Shown here piece after piece: positions 1 through 10,128 of a stretch of DNA of 64,000 nucleotides. This DNA is from Bacilli bacterium (lineage in GTDB: Bacteria; Bacillota_I; Bacilli_A; RFN20; CAG-826). Every line of letters begins with the position of its first letter. Position 1 is the stretch's first letter. The notes under the pieces are model-generated. The model saw only the letters and a list, made by a program, of their open reading frames with translations, was not told where the DNA came from and did no database searches. The stretch covers positions 104 through 64,103 of the forward strand of contig JAFUEZ010000008.1 in the NCBI GenBank assembly GCA_017470115.1, read 5' to 3'. A program made the position numbers and the translations under genes.

Positions 1-1939
1 ACATCTTTATAAGATTTATGATAATGGCACTAAAGCCGTAAATGATTTTAATTTAGAAATTGGTGAAAATGAGTTCATCGTTTTCGTTGGTCCTTCTGGA
101 TGCGGAAAATCGACAACTTTAAGAATGATTGCTGGACTTGAAGATATTACAGCAGGAGATTTTTATATTGATGGAATATTAGCTAATAATTTAGAACCAA
201 AAGATAGAGACATGGCAATGGTTTTCCAGAATTATGCTTTATATCCTCACATGAGCGTTTATGAGAATATGGCATTTGGTTTAAGAATTAAACATGTTCC
301 TAAGGATGAAATTGATTCACGTATCAAAGATGCAGCAAAAATTTTAGATATTGAGAATCAACTTGCTAAAAAACCTAAAGAAATGAGTGGAGGTCAAAAA
401 CAACGTGTTGCTTTAGGTAGAGCAATCGTTAGAAAACCAAAAGTATTCTTACTTGATGAACCATTAAGTAATCTTGATGCAAAACTAAGAAGTTCCATGC
501 GTAGCGAAATTACACGTTTACATAATGTTCTTGGAACAACATTTATTTACGTTACCCATGATCAAATTGAAGCTATGACTATGGGAACAAAGATTGTTGT
601 TATGGAAAAAGGCGTCATTAAACAAGTTGATACACCAATGAATTTATATGATTATCCAGCAAATGAATTTGTTGCAGGATTCATTGGAACACCTCAAATG
701 AATTTTTATAAAGCAAAATTGCATCAAGAAGGAGAAGAAATTATTATTTCATCTTCATTTAAAGATGTAAGAACTAATTTGGAAGCAATTAAGCGTATCG
801 ATATCTTAAATATAATAAAAGAAAGCAATGTTGTAATTGGCGTTAGACCAGAACATATTAAGATCTGTGAAGAAAAAGATGTTAATTCAATTGAAGCTGA
901 AATTGTTGTTGTTGAAGCATTGGGTAATGAATCAAATATTATTGTCGAAACATTAAATGGACGAACAAGATTTGTAATTAGAACTCCAAGAAATGATACA
1001 TATCTTGTAGGTCAAAAAATCTTCATTTCTTTTGATTTATCTCATGTTCATATTTTCGATGAAGATACACAAAATACATTGCTTCCACGTAATCAATTAA
1101 CATCAACTTTTAAGGCAAAATTAGTTGATGACTTACATGTTGAAGTATTAGGTAAAACATTTGAAATTACTCCTTATATTAAAGAGGCATTAGGAGAGAA
1201 TAAAGAGCTTTTAGTTAGAATAAATCAATCCTCTATTAAAGAAGGAAAAACCTTCTCTTTAGATTTCGAAAGTAAAGAAAAAGTAGGAGATTTGCGGATT
1301 TATTGCTTAAAACACGCGAAAGAATATCTTTTCTATTCTTCTAGAGATTATATAGAAGGAACTGTTTTTGAGTTCGATTTAAGACTTAGCGATTTAGCTT
1401 TTTACGATTTAAAAGGTAATCTTTTACTTGATAAATTTAATCCATTAAATGAAGTTGATGGTGCTCTTGAAAAGGCAAGAAAAGAGTTACCTGTTTTATC
1501 AAAATCTTTAATTGAAGAAGAAGTTTATGAAGAGCTCAAGAAGAATAATTTTATTGGAAAAGGCGGCAAAAAACTTAAAGCAAAAATAAAGAAGATTAAT
1601 GTATTTAATTATAAGATTTTTGAAAAAACTGTTGAGCCAATCAATAATCACATAATTAAAATATATTCTCTTTTAGGCAAGCGTTTCGCTGAACATCACA
1701 TTAAATTTATTATCGATGCAAATAAGATAAATATATCTGAAGAAGGTATGTTTGGAGGAATAGTTAGCAAAATTTTAGATTACATCGATGAAAAATATTA
1801 CTTTGTTCAAGTCGATAATAAAGAAATCTTAATTAATGCTAAAGAAACGAGTTTTAAGGAAGGTGAAACAATTAAATTTGATCTCATTAATAATGAAATC
1901 GGATTAATTGATACTGATTTTGGAGTGAGAATTATCTAA
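1..1939 (+). CDS. Sugar ABC transporter ATP-binding protein (MalK/MsmX-like), 5'-partial, with an extra ~240-aa C-terminal extension
   Basis: The frame is open from position 2 and reads ...VFVGPSGCGKSTTLRMIAGLE (Walker A) upstream of the listed ATG. LSGGQKQRVALGRA signature, Walker B FLLDEPLSNLD, H-loop. A canonical MalK regulatory/TOBE region is followed by ~240 further residues ending in a second TOBE-like segment. Confidence 0.9.
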   Translation, partial: HLYKIYDNGTKAVNDFNLEIGENEFIVFVGPSGCGKSTTLRMIAGLEDITAGDFYIDGILANNLEPKDRDMAMVFQNYALYPHMSVYENMAFGLRIKHVPKDEIDSRIKDAAKILDIENQLAKKPKEMSGGQKQRVALGRAIVRKPKVFLLDEPLSNLDAKLRSSMRSEITRLHNVLGTTFIYVTHDQIEAMTMGTKIVVMEKGVIKQVDTPMNLYDYPANEFVAGFIGTPQMNFYKAKLHQEGEEIIISSSFKDVRTNLEAIKRIDILNIIKESNVVIGVRPEHIKICEEKDVNSIEAEIVVVEALGNESNIIVETLNGRTRFVIRTPRNDTYLVGQKIFISFDLSHVHIFDEDTQNTLLPRNQLTSTFKAKLVDDLHVEVLGKTFEITPYIKEALGENKELLVRINQSSIKEGKTFSLDFESKEKVGDLRIYCLKHAKEYLFYSSRDYIEGTVFEFDLRLSDLAFYDLKGNLLLDKFNPLNEVDGALEKARKELPVLSKSLIEEEVYEELKKNNFIGKGGKKLKAKIKKINVFNYKIFEKTVEPINNHIIKIYSLLGKRFAEHHIKFIIDANKINISEEGMFGGIVSKILDYIDEKYYFVQVDNKEILINAKETSFKEGETIKFDLINNEIGLIDTDFGVRII

Positions 1940-2955
1940 TGTCAAAAATTACTATTAAAGACATAGCTAGAGAAAGCGGCGTTTCTATTACATCTGTTAG
2001 TTTTATATTAAATGGAAAGACAGATTCTGTTTCAAAAGAAACTAAAGAAAGAGTATTAGATGTTTGCAAAAAATATAATTACCAACCTAATTATTTAGCT
2101 GCTGCTTTAAAGAGCAAAAGCACGCATTTTATCGGCATTTTAGTTCCTGACATTGAAAACAGTTACTATTCTAGAATCTTAAAAATTTTAGAAGATATAT
2201 TTGATAAAAAAGGTTATTCACTTTTGATTTCTTCTTCGGGTTATGATCTTGAAAAATTCATGGGTAACATTCGTAATTTAGTCTCAAAAAGTATCGACTA
2301 TTGTATTGTAATTCCTCCATCAAGTTTCCAAGAACAAAATAAAGAAGAACTAGCAAGATTAAGTGAACACATAAATGTAAGTTTTGTAATTTTTGATAGA
2401 AAAATTAATTATTGCAATTGTCCTGTGATTGTTAATGATGATATTCAAGGAGGATATTTAGCAACCAATTATTTGATCAAAAAAGGTCATAAAAAAATTT
2501 ATTGTATTACTGGTTCAAGATTAGTTTCATCTTCAATTGATAGATTAACAGGCTATAAAAAAGCACTTGAAGAAAATAACATTAAATATGATGAAAGTTT
2601 GATTTATGAAGGTGATTATAAATATGCAGATGCACTTGATATTGCATCAAAAATCTTAAAAAAAGATAAGAACTGCAGCGTTTTTGCCTTTAATGACCTT
2701 ATGGCATATGCTGTTTATAAGGTTGCAAATGAATTAGGTCTTAAGATTGGAAAAGATGTTTCTGTTGTTGGATTTGATGATAATAATTTCTCAAATTTAA
2801 TTTATCCAGGTTTAACAACCATTAGACAAAATGTTCAAAAACTTTGTGAAGCTGTTGCTGAGGAACTCTTTTTAGAAGATTGCTCAGCAAGAACCATCAC
2901 AATTGAACCAGAACTAATTGAAAGAGGAAGTGTTAATGATTCCACTATTAAGTAA
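1939..2955 (+). CDS. LacI-family transcriptional regulator
   Basis: N-terminal HTH KDIARESGVSITSVSFILNG. Periplasmic-binding-fold body with the sugar-binding core typical of LacI/GalR. Start overlaps the upstream stop (taATG). Confidence 0.9.
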   Translation: MSKITIKDIARESGVSITSVSFILNGKTDSVSKETKERVLDVCKKYNYQPNYLAAALKSKSTHFIGILVPDIENSYYSRILKILEDIFDKKGYSLLISSSGYDLEKFMGNIRNLVSKSIDYCIVIPPSSFQEQNKEELARLSEHINVSFVIFDRKINYCNCPVIVNDDIQGGYLATNYLIKKGHKKIYCITGSRLVSSSIDRLTGYKKALEENNIKYDESLIYEGDYKYADALDIASKILKKDKNCSVFAFNDLMAYAVYKVANELGLKIGKDVSVVGFDDNNFSNLIYPGLTTIRQNVQKLCEAVAEELFLEDCSARTITIEPELIERGSVNDSTIK

Positions 2956-3928
2956 GAAGAAAATAAATCCTTATCAAGCTGCTTTAAGTGAGATTTCTCC
3001 TCTTGCAGCTAGACATAAGAAGAAGAAAATAACTCGTAGTAATATCGAGCTTCTTGTCATGGTTTCGCTTGGAATCATCTTTATTGCTGTTTTTGCTTAT
3101 CTTCCTATGTTTGGTCTTATTCTTGCTTTTAAGAGCGGTGATGGTTATTTAAACATAATGGATGCTATCTTCAAGAGTCAATGGGCAGGATTTGACAATT
3201 TTGCAGCTTTCTTTGAAGATCCAGATTTTAAAGATGTCATTTTAAATACAATTGGACTTAATACTCTTCAACTTTGTATTAACTTCCCACTTCCTATTAT
3301 ATTTGCAATTCTTCTTAGCGAATTACCTTGGAAGAGAATTAGAAAAGTTATCCAAGTTATTACTTATTTCCCATATTTCCTTTCTTGGATTATTTATGGT
3401 GGTATTATTCTTGCTCTTATTAATAGTGATGGAATTGTAAATACTATCCTTATTAATTTAGGAATTGTCGATGAAGCGGTTAATTTTGGTGAAGCACAAT
3501 ATTTCTGGGCAACAATCATTATCACATCTCTTTTAAAAGGAATGGGATGGGGCTCAATAATTTATGTTGCTGCAATTGCAGGAATTGATCCTCAACTTTA
3601 TGAAGCAGCAGATATGGATGGAGCTACAAGATGGCATAGAATTATCCATATTACAGTTCCTTCAATTGCACCAACTATAGTTTTATTCTTTATTCTTTCA
3701 GTAAGTGGAATTCTAAATAATGGTTTTGATCATATTTGGACATTCCAAAATCAAATTAACTTAGCTCGAAGCGAAGTTTTAGACACGTTTATTTATAAAT
3801 ATGGTGTTGTTAATCTTCAATATTCATATACTACAGCAGCAGGTTTCTTTAAATCTGTTGTTGCTATCGTTTTACTTGGTGTTGGCAACTTTATAGCTAA
3901 AAAGACAACAGGAAATGGTGTTTTCTAA
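2936..3928 (+). CDS. Carbohydrate ABC transporter permease (CUT1, LplB/YtcP-like)
   Basis: Six or more transmembrane segments. EAA-like loop EAADMDGATRWHRIIHITVPSIAPT. The ATG at 2936 is preceded by RBS AGAGGAAG, so it is preferred over the TTG at 2918. The start overlaps the LacI 3' end. Confidence 0.85.
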   Translation: MIPLLSKKKINPYQAALSEISPLAARHKKKKITRSNIELLVMVSLGIIFIAVFAYLPMFGLILAFKSGDGYLNIMDAIFKSQWAGFDNFAAFFEDPDFKDVILNTIGLNTLQLCINFPLPIIFAILLSELPWKRIRKVIQVITYFPYFLSWIIYGGIILALINSDGIVNTILINLGIVDEAVNFGEAQYFWATIIITSLLKGMGWGSIIYVAAIAGIDPQLYEAADMDGATRWHRIIHITVPSIAPTIVLFFILSVSGILNNGFDHIWTFQNQINLARSEVLDTFIYKYGVVNLQYSYTTAAGFFKSVVAIVLLGVGNFIAKKTTGNGVF

Positions 3929-3930
3929 TT

Positions 3931-4854
3931 ATGGTAGTCAAGAAAGTATATAAGAAAAAACAATTAATGATTGGAAGTAGTGGCAGAAAACAAAAGAAGC
4001 ATATCTTCGATTGGATAAATGTCATCATTCTTCTTATTTTTGCTGGAATTAGTGTCTATCCATTATTTTATGTTTTAGCTGGTTCATTTTCTGAAGGTGC
4101 TGACTATATTAATGGTGGAATATGGCTCTTCCCAAGAGTTTGGTCTACTGAAAATTATCAAGTTGTTTTAAACGATGCAAGACTTTGGAAAGCATATGGT
4201 ATCACGATTTTAAGAACAGTAGTTGGAACTGTTACGGCTTTAATTTATACAGCAGTTGTTGCTTATGCAATGAGTAGACCATCTTTAATTGGTAAACCAT
4301 TAATTTATAGATTCTTTATCTTCACAATGTTTTTTGGAGGAGGACTGATTCCTTATTTCTGGGTTATTAATTTACTTGGATTATTTGATAATTTCATGGT
4401 TTATATCATTCCTGGATTATTCTCGGTTTATAACATGCTCGTATTTGTTAATTTCTTTAAAACAATTCCAGAAGAAATTCATGAATCAGCGGTAATGGAT
4501 GGGGCAAGCGAATTTAAGATTCTATTTAGAATCATTTTGCCTCTTTCAGGTCCAGTTGTTTCTACAGTTGCTCTTTGGATTGCTGTAAGTCATTGGAATT
4601 CATTCTTTGACACTATGATTTATACATCAAGCGAGAATCTATGGACACTTCAATATTATTTAATGAAAGTTATTAATGAATCATCTATGCCTGCAGCTGG
4701 CGTATCTTTGCCTTATGAATTACTTCAAAAAGTAGCTCCAGAAACAGTCTCTTTAGCAGCAATTATTATTTCAGTTATTCCAATTTTTGTTTTATATCCA
4801 TTAATTTTAAAAACACTTACAAAAGGTGTTGTTATTGGAAGCCTTAAAGGATAG
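3931..4854 (+). CDS. Carbohydrate ABC transporter permease (CUT1, LplC-like)
   Basis: Polytopic membrane protein. EAA motif ESAVMDGASEFKILFRIILPLSGP. Adjacent to the partner permease. Confidence 0.85.
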   Translation: MVVKKVYKKKQLMIGSSGRKQKKHIFDWINVIILLIFAGISVYPLFYVLAGSFSEGADYINGGIWLFPRVWSTENYQVVLNDARLWKAYGITILRTVVGTVTALIYTAVVAYAMSRPSLIGKPLIYRFFIFTMFFGGGLIPYFWVINLLGLFDNFMVYIIPGLFSVYNMLVFVNFFKTIPEEIHESAVMDGASEFKILFRIILPLSGPVVSTVALWIAVSHWNSFFDTMIYTSSENLWTLQYYLMKVINESSMPAAGVSLPYELLQKVAPETVSLAAIIISVIPIFVLYPLILKTLTKGVVIGSLKG

Positions 4855-4863
4855 GAGGGTAAT

Positions 4864-6618
4864 ATGAAAAATTTAGTTAAACGAATGTTATTAATGCTTG
4901 TATTCTCTACATCTTTAATTTCTTGTGGAAGCGAAACTGGTGGAAATGGTAGTGCAGATCTTCCTGATTTTCCTGCTACTCCAGGGGATAAAGATTCTTG
5001 GGAATATTTAAAAGATGAAACAGGTAAAGTTGAAGAATGGGACTTAGAATGGTACGTTAACGATTCAACTTTTGCTTGGAATAGTTATGGAAGCGATAGA
5101 GTTAGCCAAGTTTTAAAAGAAAAAACTGGTGCAAATATTAAATTTACAGTACCAGTAACTGATGATGGGCAAAAGCTCTCAACTCTTATTTCTGGAAATA
5201 AACTTCCTGACATAATTTCAGTTCAATGTTGGTATTCACAATGTTCACAACTTGCTAGCCAAGGTTATTTATATGCTCTTGATGATTTAATTGAGAAATG
5301 GGCTCCATCATTTAAAGCAAAAGAACAAGAAGATATTTGGTCTTATTTTACTGAAGGTGATGGGAAGTGTTATGGAGTTCCAAATTTTGCATATTCAACA
5401 AAATATGTTAACGATACAGATAAAATGGAACCTAATGGCTGCTTGATGGTTAGAGAAGATTGGTACAATGAAGCACTTGCTGAAGGCTATGATATGACAA
5501 GTGCTACATCTTTCATTAATGGATGTAAATTCATCCAAAGTAAGCATACAGATTGTATTCCTTTTCAACTTGATGCATTTACCAATGAAGGAAACGAATC
5601 AATTGATTGGTTAAGTCAATATTTCTGTGCACCATTTGAAGATAAAGATGGAAATTATTTAGACACAAGAACAACTGAAAGATATCAAGAAATGTTAGAG
5701 TTTTTAAATAATTGTCATAAACAAGGAATTATTAAATCAGCAAACTATTCAGATAAAGCAAGTGCAATTAGAACAAATATTTCTAGAGGTAAATGTTTTG
5801 TTACAGCAGTAACTCCTCAAGATTATCAAACAGCTTATTTGAATGCTTATGGATCAAATATTAATTATGTTCCTTTGATTTTAAGAAATAAGGATAATCA
5901 AGCTCCAATTTTACAAGATATTTCTGGTAATGGTTATTTATTAACGATGATTACTAAAAACTGTAAAAATCCACATAAAGCAATTAAATTACTTGAATAT
6001 TTATATAGTGAAGAAGGACAAAGATTAGTTGCTTTTGGAGTTGAAGGAGAATCATATCAATGGGATAATCCTGAACATACTTCACTTTCTTGGACTGATA
6101 GATATGTAAGTGGCGTAAATGGAAATACAGAAGATCAAGCTTGGATCAATACACTTGGTTTATTTAGCATGACTCTTCAAATGAATCTTGCTTATATCAA
6201 TAAATATAAGCCATTAAATGGAAGAAAAGACACTGATATTTATATTGATAATATGAAGCGACCATTAACTCCATATTCATATAATTTCAAGCCTACTTTC
6301 TTAAAACACGATACTTCAAAACCAAATTATTTCCAAACAATTACAAATTACAACAAAATTAAAACAAAATGGGCAGAAGCTCTTGTTGAAATCATAAGAA
6401 GTAATAATTGGAAAGAAACTTATGATAACGCTATTAATTATGCAAAACGACAAAAATTAGATGATGTTATTAGTTTTTATAGTGAATCATATAAGAACAC
6501 TAAAAAATTACTTAATGTTGAATTTGGCTATCCTCAAAATAGACCAGATTATCATGAACCAACTTGGAAAGGTCCTCATGGAGATTTCTCATATTGGAGA
6601 AGTAAAACTCACGAATAA
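4864..6618 (+). CDS. Extracellular solute-binding lipoprotein of sugar ABC transporter (large LplA-like SBP, 584 aa)
   Basis: Signal peptide with lipobox LISCG. RBS AGGAGGG. Size and position match the substrate-binding partner of the LplBC permeases. Confidence 0.75.
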   Translation: MKNLVKRMLLMLVFSTSLISCGSETGGNGSADLPDFPATPGDKDSWEYLKDETGKVEEWDLEWYVNDSTFAWNSYGSDRVSQVLKEKTGANIKFTVPVTDDGQKLSTLISGNKLPDIISVQCWYSQCSQLASQGYLYALDDLIEKWAPSFKAKEQEDIWSYFTEGDGKCYGVPNFAYSTKYVNDTDKMEPNGCLMVREDWYNEALAEGYDMTSATSFINGCKFIQSKHTDCIPFQLDAFTNEGNESIDWLSQYFCAPFEDKDGNYLDTRTTERYQEMLEFLNNCHKQGIIKSANYSDKASAIRTNISRGKCFVTAVTPQDYQTAYLNAYGSNINYVPLILRNKDNQAPILQDISGNGYLLTMITKNCKNPHKAIKLLEYLYSEEGQRLVAFGVEGESYQWDNPEHTSLSWTDRYVSGVNGNTEDQAWINTLGLFSMTLQMNLAYINKYKPLNGRKDTDIYIDNMKRPLTPYSYNFKPTFLKHDTSKPNYFQTITNYNKIKTKWAEALVEIIRSNNWKETYDNAINYAKRQKLDDVISFYSESYKNTKKLLNVEFGYPQNRPDYHEPTWKGPHGDFSYWRSKTHE

Positions 6619-6629
6619 GAGGTAAAAGT

Positions 6630-7550
6630 ATGCTAGAAGAAAAAAGAAAAGTCATTTTAGATACTGATATTGGTGATGATATAGACGATTCTTTTGCTTT
6701 GCTTTTGCTACTTGAAAGTAAGAAGTTTGATGTGCTTGGAGTAACAACTGTATTTAGAAATTCAAAAAAACGTGCCATGATGGCTAAAGAAATCATTGAT
6801 TCACTTGGCTATGATGTGAAAGTTTATCCTGGAAGAGATGAACCATTACGTGTAAAGGTTGATAAATTAATTTCTCCTGAAATAAAAGAAAGAGAAAAAC
6901 TAGATGAAGAAGGAAAATATTTAATTCCTCAATGGGACGAATCGATGCGAAATCACAAAATTGAAGATAAAGATGCGGTCGATTTCATCATTGAAATGGT
7001 TCATAAATATCCTGGAGAAGTTACTTTAATTCCTATTGGTCCTATGACTAATATTGCCTCAGCTATAACTAAAGACCCTAGCATTATTCCTTTAATTAAA
7101 GAAATTCGTTTTATGGGTGCTGGATTAGATTTATCTTTTGTTGAATGGAATGTGTTTTGTGATCCTGATGCTGCAAAAATTGTTTTAAGCAGTGGAGTTA
7201 AAAAGATTGAAGCGATAACTTTTAATGTTACTAGTAAAACTGAAATGTCTAATGAACTTATTGAAAGTCTAAAAAATAGTAACGCTAAACCTATTAAACT
7301 AATTTATAAAGCTATGCTTAAATGGTTTGATCACTATAAATTTAGTGTCCCAGTAATGCATGATCCACTTTGCGTTGTCTCTTTGCTTAAAGAAGACGTC
7401 GTTGAATGTAAGTTATTAAAGATGGATGTTGACTTATCTCAAGATGGTTACACATTCATCAATGATAAATGCAACAACATAATTAATGTTGCGATTTCTG
7501 TGAAAACAGATGACTTTTACAGTATTTTCAAGGAAATATTGAATGTTTGA
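6630..7550 (+). CDS. Inosine-uridine-preferring nucleoside hydrolase family protein
   Basis: N-terminal DTDIGDDIDDSFALLLLL matches the IUNH DXDXXXDD Ca2+-binding fingerprint. 306 aa, no signal peptide. RBS AGAGG. Confidence 0.8.
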   Translation: MLEEKRKVILDTDIGDDIDDSFALLLLLESKKFDVLGVTTVFRNSKKRAMMAKEIIDSLGYDVKVYPGRDEPLRVKVDKLISPEIKEREKLDEEGKYLIPQWDESMRNHKIEDKDAVDFIIEMVHKYPGEVTLIPIGPMTNIASAITKDPSIIPLIKEIRFMGAGLDLSFVEWNVFCDPDAAKIVLSSGVKKIEAITFNVTSKTEMSNELIESLKNSNAKPIKLIYKAMLKWFDHYKFSVPVMHDPLCVVSLLKEDVVECKLLKMDVDLSQDGYTFINDKCNNIINVAISVKTDDFYSIFKEILNV

Positions 7551-7583
7551 TTTTTTACATTTTCACTATAAGGAGGAAAGAAG

Positions 7584-10115
7584 ATGAAGAAAATTGTTAA
7601 TTGCAGTTTATGTCTTGCCGCATCAGCGCTACTGACCTCTATTGCACCTTCTGTAAATCGCCTTGCAGAAGATGCTTGGAAAAGCGGTGACTTATATGGA
7701 GCTGCAAAAATTACCTGCACTAAAGCAAGAGATGCAGATGTTGGTAACGTTACAGAAATTAATTTAAATGGTAGCGGAAATGGCAGTTTAGCTGGAAATG
7801 GTATCTATTTCAGAATCAAAAACTATACTGCAGTTGATACACCACTTACTGTTAAACTTAATTCGACAAATGGCGCTGGTATTGCTCCAAAAACAAATGT
7901 TAAGCAAACCTATTTCGATGCAGATGGCAATCCAGTTGATGGAATAGCCGCTCGTAGTTGGGGAAATTATATGATGTTACCAGCCAGTTTTGATGGTTTC
8001 ATCTATATGAATTATGCAGAACAAATGACAAAGATTTTTGGCGATGAAGATTTTAATCCATCAAGCATCTGGAGAATTTATATCGAATATAGTGGTAGTT
8101 ATGATTCATATGCAAGTTTTGCAATTGGCGATATTTACACCGACCAAGTTCAATCACTTGATACATCAGCAATAACAGAAGAAAACTTCTCAAATTATTT
8201 CATAAATACTGCCAGTGAGTTCCAATCTGTAACTCAAAATCCTAGAGCAGAAGAGTATGTTCCAGAAGGCGACTTAAAAGGCGGTGTTAAATGTGAATTA
8301 ACCGGTTATGGTGGATTCATGGTTAAATTTGGTGCTGAAATTAATTTAAGCGATGGATTATATGTTCGTATGAAAAATGATTTAGATAGAGAGATCTATC
8401 CTATGATCCATGTTGCTAGTGATTGGTTCACATATAGAGTTGTAACTGCTCAAAATCAAATAATTAATCTTTATAATAATGATGGCACTTTTAAGTCAAC
8501 TGTTACTGTTAATGAGTGGGGATATTTTGCTTTACCTGCTAGTTTTGATGGTTTCATTGGCTTTAAAGATTACACTGGTTTTAAAAATGACTGGGGTGAA
8601 GGCTTCGATCCTGCAAAAGTTGTAGCAGTCTATTTTGAAGCTGATTCAGTTAATTTCTCAGTTGGTGATATTTTCTCTCCTACAGTAAAAGCTTTTGATG
8701 GTTCAGAAAAATATGAAACCGACTTTGCTAATTTCACTGAAACATGGACACCAGATGTAATTAAGTTGACTCAACTTGAAGGTTATAAAGAACCAGAAGT
8801 AGTTTTATTTGATTACACACAAGTTACTTATGGTGGCTCACTTGAAGGTGGTGTCACAATTAAAGCTTCAAAAAATGAAGACTCTTCAGTATTTTCAAGC
8901 GCACTAATAAATTTTGCTGAGAAGATTGATTTAAGTGCTGGAGAAGCAGTTGCTATTAACTTTAAAGGTGTTGGCTCATATGCTTTCCAAATGGAATTTA
9001 TTGATGGAAATGGAGCAAAAGCAATTCTTCCTGCAGCAAGTGATAGTGCCGTAAAACCTATTTGGATGATTAAAGATGGCGTTGCTACAGCTATGAACCA
9101 TACAACTGGTGATCCAAATACAATTCATACTGTTGAAGGTGAAGGCGTTATAGTTTTAGAAAAAGGATTCTTAGCTTTAAGTAGTGCAGAATTTGATTGG
9201 AGTAAGATCGCTCAAATTAAAGTTAACGTTCATACTTTCTATGATAATGGCATTAACATTACACTTGGTGATATTGGAACAGTTAAACAAGATGGGCTTA
9301 TTCATACAGTTGTTTATAAAGCAAGTGAAGTTACAGCATGGTCAAGCGTTTATGAGGCTGGAGATGAATTTATTAAAGTTTCTAAATTCTTTACACCTAA
9401 ACCATCTCAATGGATTGGTGATGTTAAATTAATCGATTCACTCAATTATAGAAGTGATGAAGAATTAAAAGAAAACGTTACATATGATATTGGCGACAAT
9501 GCATGTTCATATAAAAAAGAAAATGATGGCATGTTCGTCCATATTGGACCATATGAAACTGGACATACTTATGGCAATTATATGTGTCTAGGTATGTTTG
9601 ATAAAGGCGTAACAACCGATAGAAAAGTTGCTTATAAAGAAGTTGAAGGCAAAAAAGAATACGCAAAAGGTATTACTTTCTACGCTGAAAATAGATCAGT
9701 TAAAGAAATTGGTCTAACATTACAATTTGATGAAAAGATTCCTGGTAAAGGACATACTGAAAGATGGTGTGTCACTGGATATCCTGCAATGTATTATGCT
9801 TGGGATGTTGAAACAAATGCTGAATATATGTTCTATGCAAAATCAGACCAAGTTCAAATCCCTGTTGGATTCAAAGGTTATATTAGAGTTCCATTTACAT
9901 CATATTCAGTACCTGCATGGAATGCTGGATTAGAAGGCGTTGATGAAGTTCTTGATTTAGATAATTTCAGTGGAAACTTCTTCTTAACAAGTGATAATAC
10001 AAGATTCGAAGATCTTGAATACTTCATTAAAAACGTTGGTCTATACTTCAATGAAACTGCTAAAGGTAGTGTTTTCAATAGTGAACATACTATCAAAGCA
10101 AACATGGGTCTTTAA
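7584..10115 (+). CDS. Secreted 843-aa protein with three tandem ~250-aa repeats; probable carbohydrate-binding or glycan-active protein of unknown family
   Basis: Type I signal peptide, no lipobox. Internal repeats are marked by LPASFDGFI (occurs twice) and by recurring xxGDIx module endings (AIGDIY, SVGDIF, TLGDIG). Strong RBS AAGGAGG. Confidence 0.55.
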   Translation: MKKIVNCSLCLAASALLTSIAPSVNRLAEDAWKSGDLYGAAKITCTKARDADVGNVTEINLNGSGNGSLAGNGIYFRIKNYTAVDTPLTVKLNSTNGAGIAPKTNVKQTYFDADGNPVDGIAARSWGNYMMLPASFDGFIYMNYAEQMTKIFGDEDFNPSSIWRIYIEYSGSYDSYASFAIGDIYTDQVQSLDTSAITEENFSNYFINTASEFQSVTQNPRAEEYVPEGDLKGGVKCELTGYGGFMVKFGAEINLSDGLYVRMKNDLDREIYPMIHVASDWFTYRVVTAQNQIINLYNNDGTFKSTVTVNEWGYFALPASFDGFIGFKDYTGFKNDWGEGFDPAKVVAVYFEADSVNFSVGDIFSPTVKAFDGSEKYETDFANFTETWTPDVIKLTQLEGYKEPEVVLFDYTQVTYGGSLEGGVTIKASKNEDSSVFSSALINFAEKIDLSAGEAVAINFKGVGSYAFQMEFIDGNGAKAILPAASDSAVKPIWMIKDGVATAMNHTTGDPNTIHTVEGEGVIVLEKGFLALSSAEFDWSKIAQIKVNVHTFYDNGINITLGDIGTVKQDGLIHTVVYKASEVTAWSSVYEAGDEFIKVSKFFTPKPSQWIGDVKLIDSLNYRSDEELKENVTYDIGDNACSYKKENDGMFVHIGPYETGHTYGNYMCLGMFDKGVTTDRKVAYKEVEGKKEYAKGITFYAENRSVKEIGLTLQFDEKIPGKGHTERWCVTGYPAMYYAWDVETNAEYMFYAKSDQVQIPVGFKGYIRVPFTSYSVPAWNAGLEGVDEVLDLDNFSGNFFLTSDNTRFEDLEYFIKNVGLYFNETAKGSVFNSEHTIKANMGL

Positions 10116-10128
10116 GGAGGGCTAAACA

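Noticed and set aside
3252-3440. Short ORFs nested inside or antisense to well-supported genes. Examples: 3252-3440, 6512-6796(-), 7517-7720(-), 9184-9432, 9478-9666(-), 9727-9933, 9878-10105(-), 14873-15097, 17433-17699, 17938-18195, 22066-22251(-), 23462-23647, 23992-24333, 24836-25210(-), 26029-26289(-), 30616-30825(-), 31206-31448(-), 32084-32494(-), 32948-33250(-), 33792-34097(-), 34703-34900(-), 35142-35393(-), 35876-36100, 36491-36694(-), 38086-38646, 39483-39665(-), 44505-44929(-), 47720-48046(-), 50675-50990(-), 52533-52739(-), 54188-54406(-), 55981-56163(-), 56649-56891(-), 58890-59118, 59468-59851(-), 61431-61691, 62959-63246
   Set aside because: They have no RBS, show low-complexity or biased composition, and are entirely embedded in genes with strong family-level evidence. 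These are typical spurious frames in AT-rich DNA.
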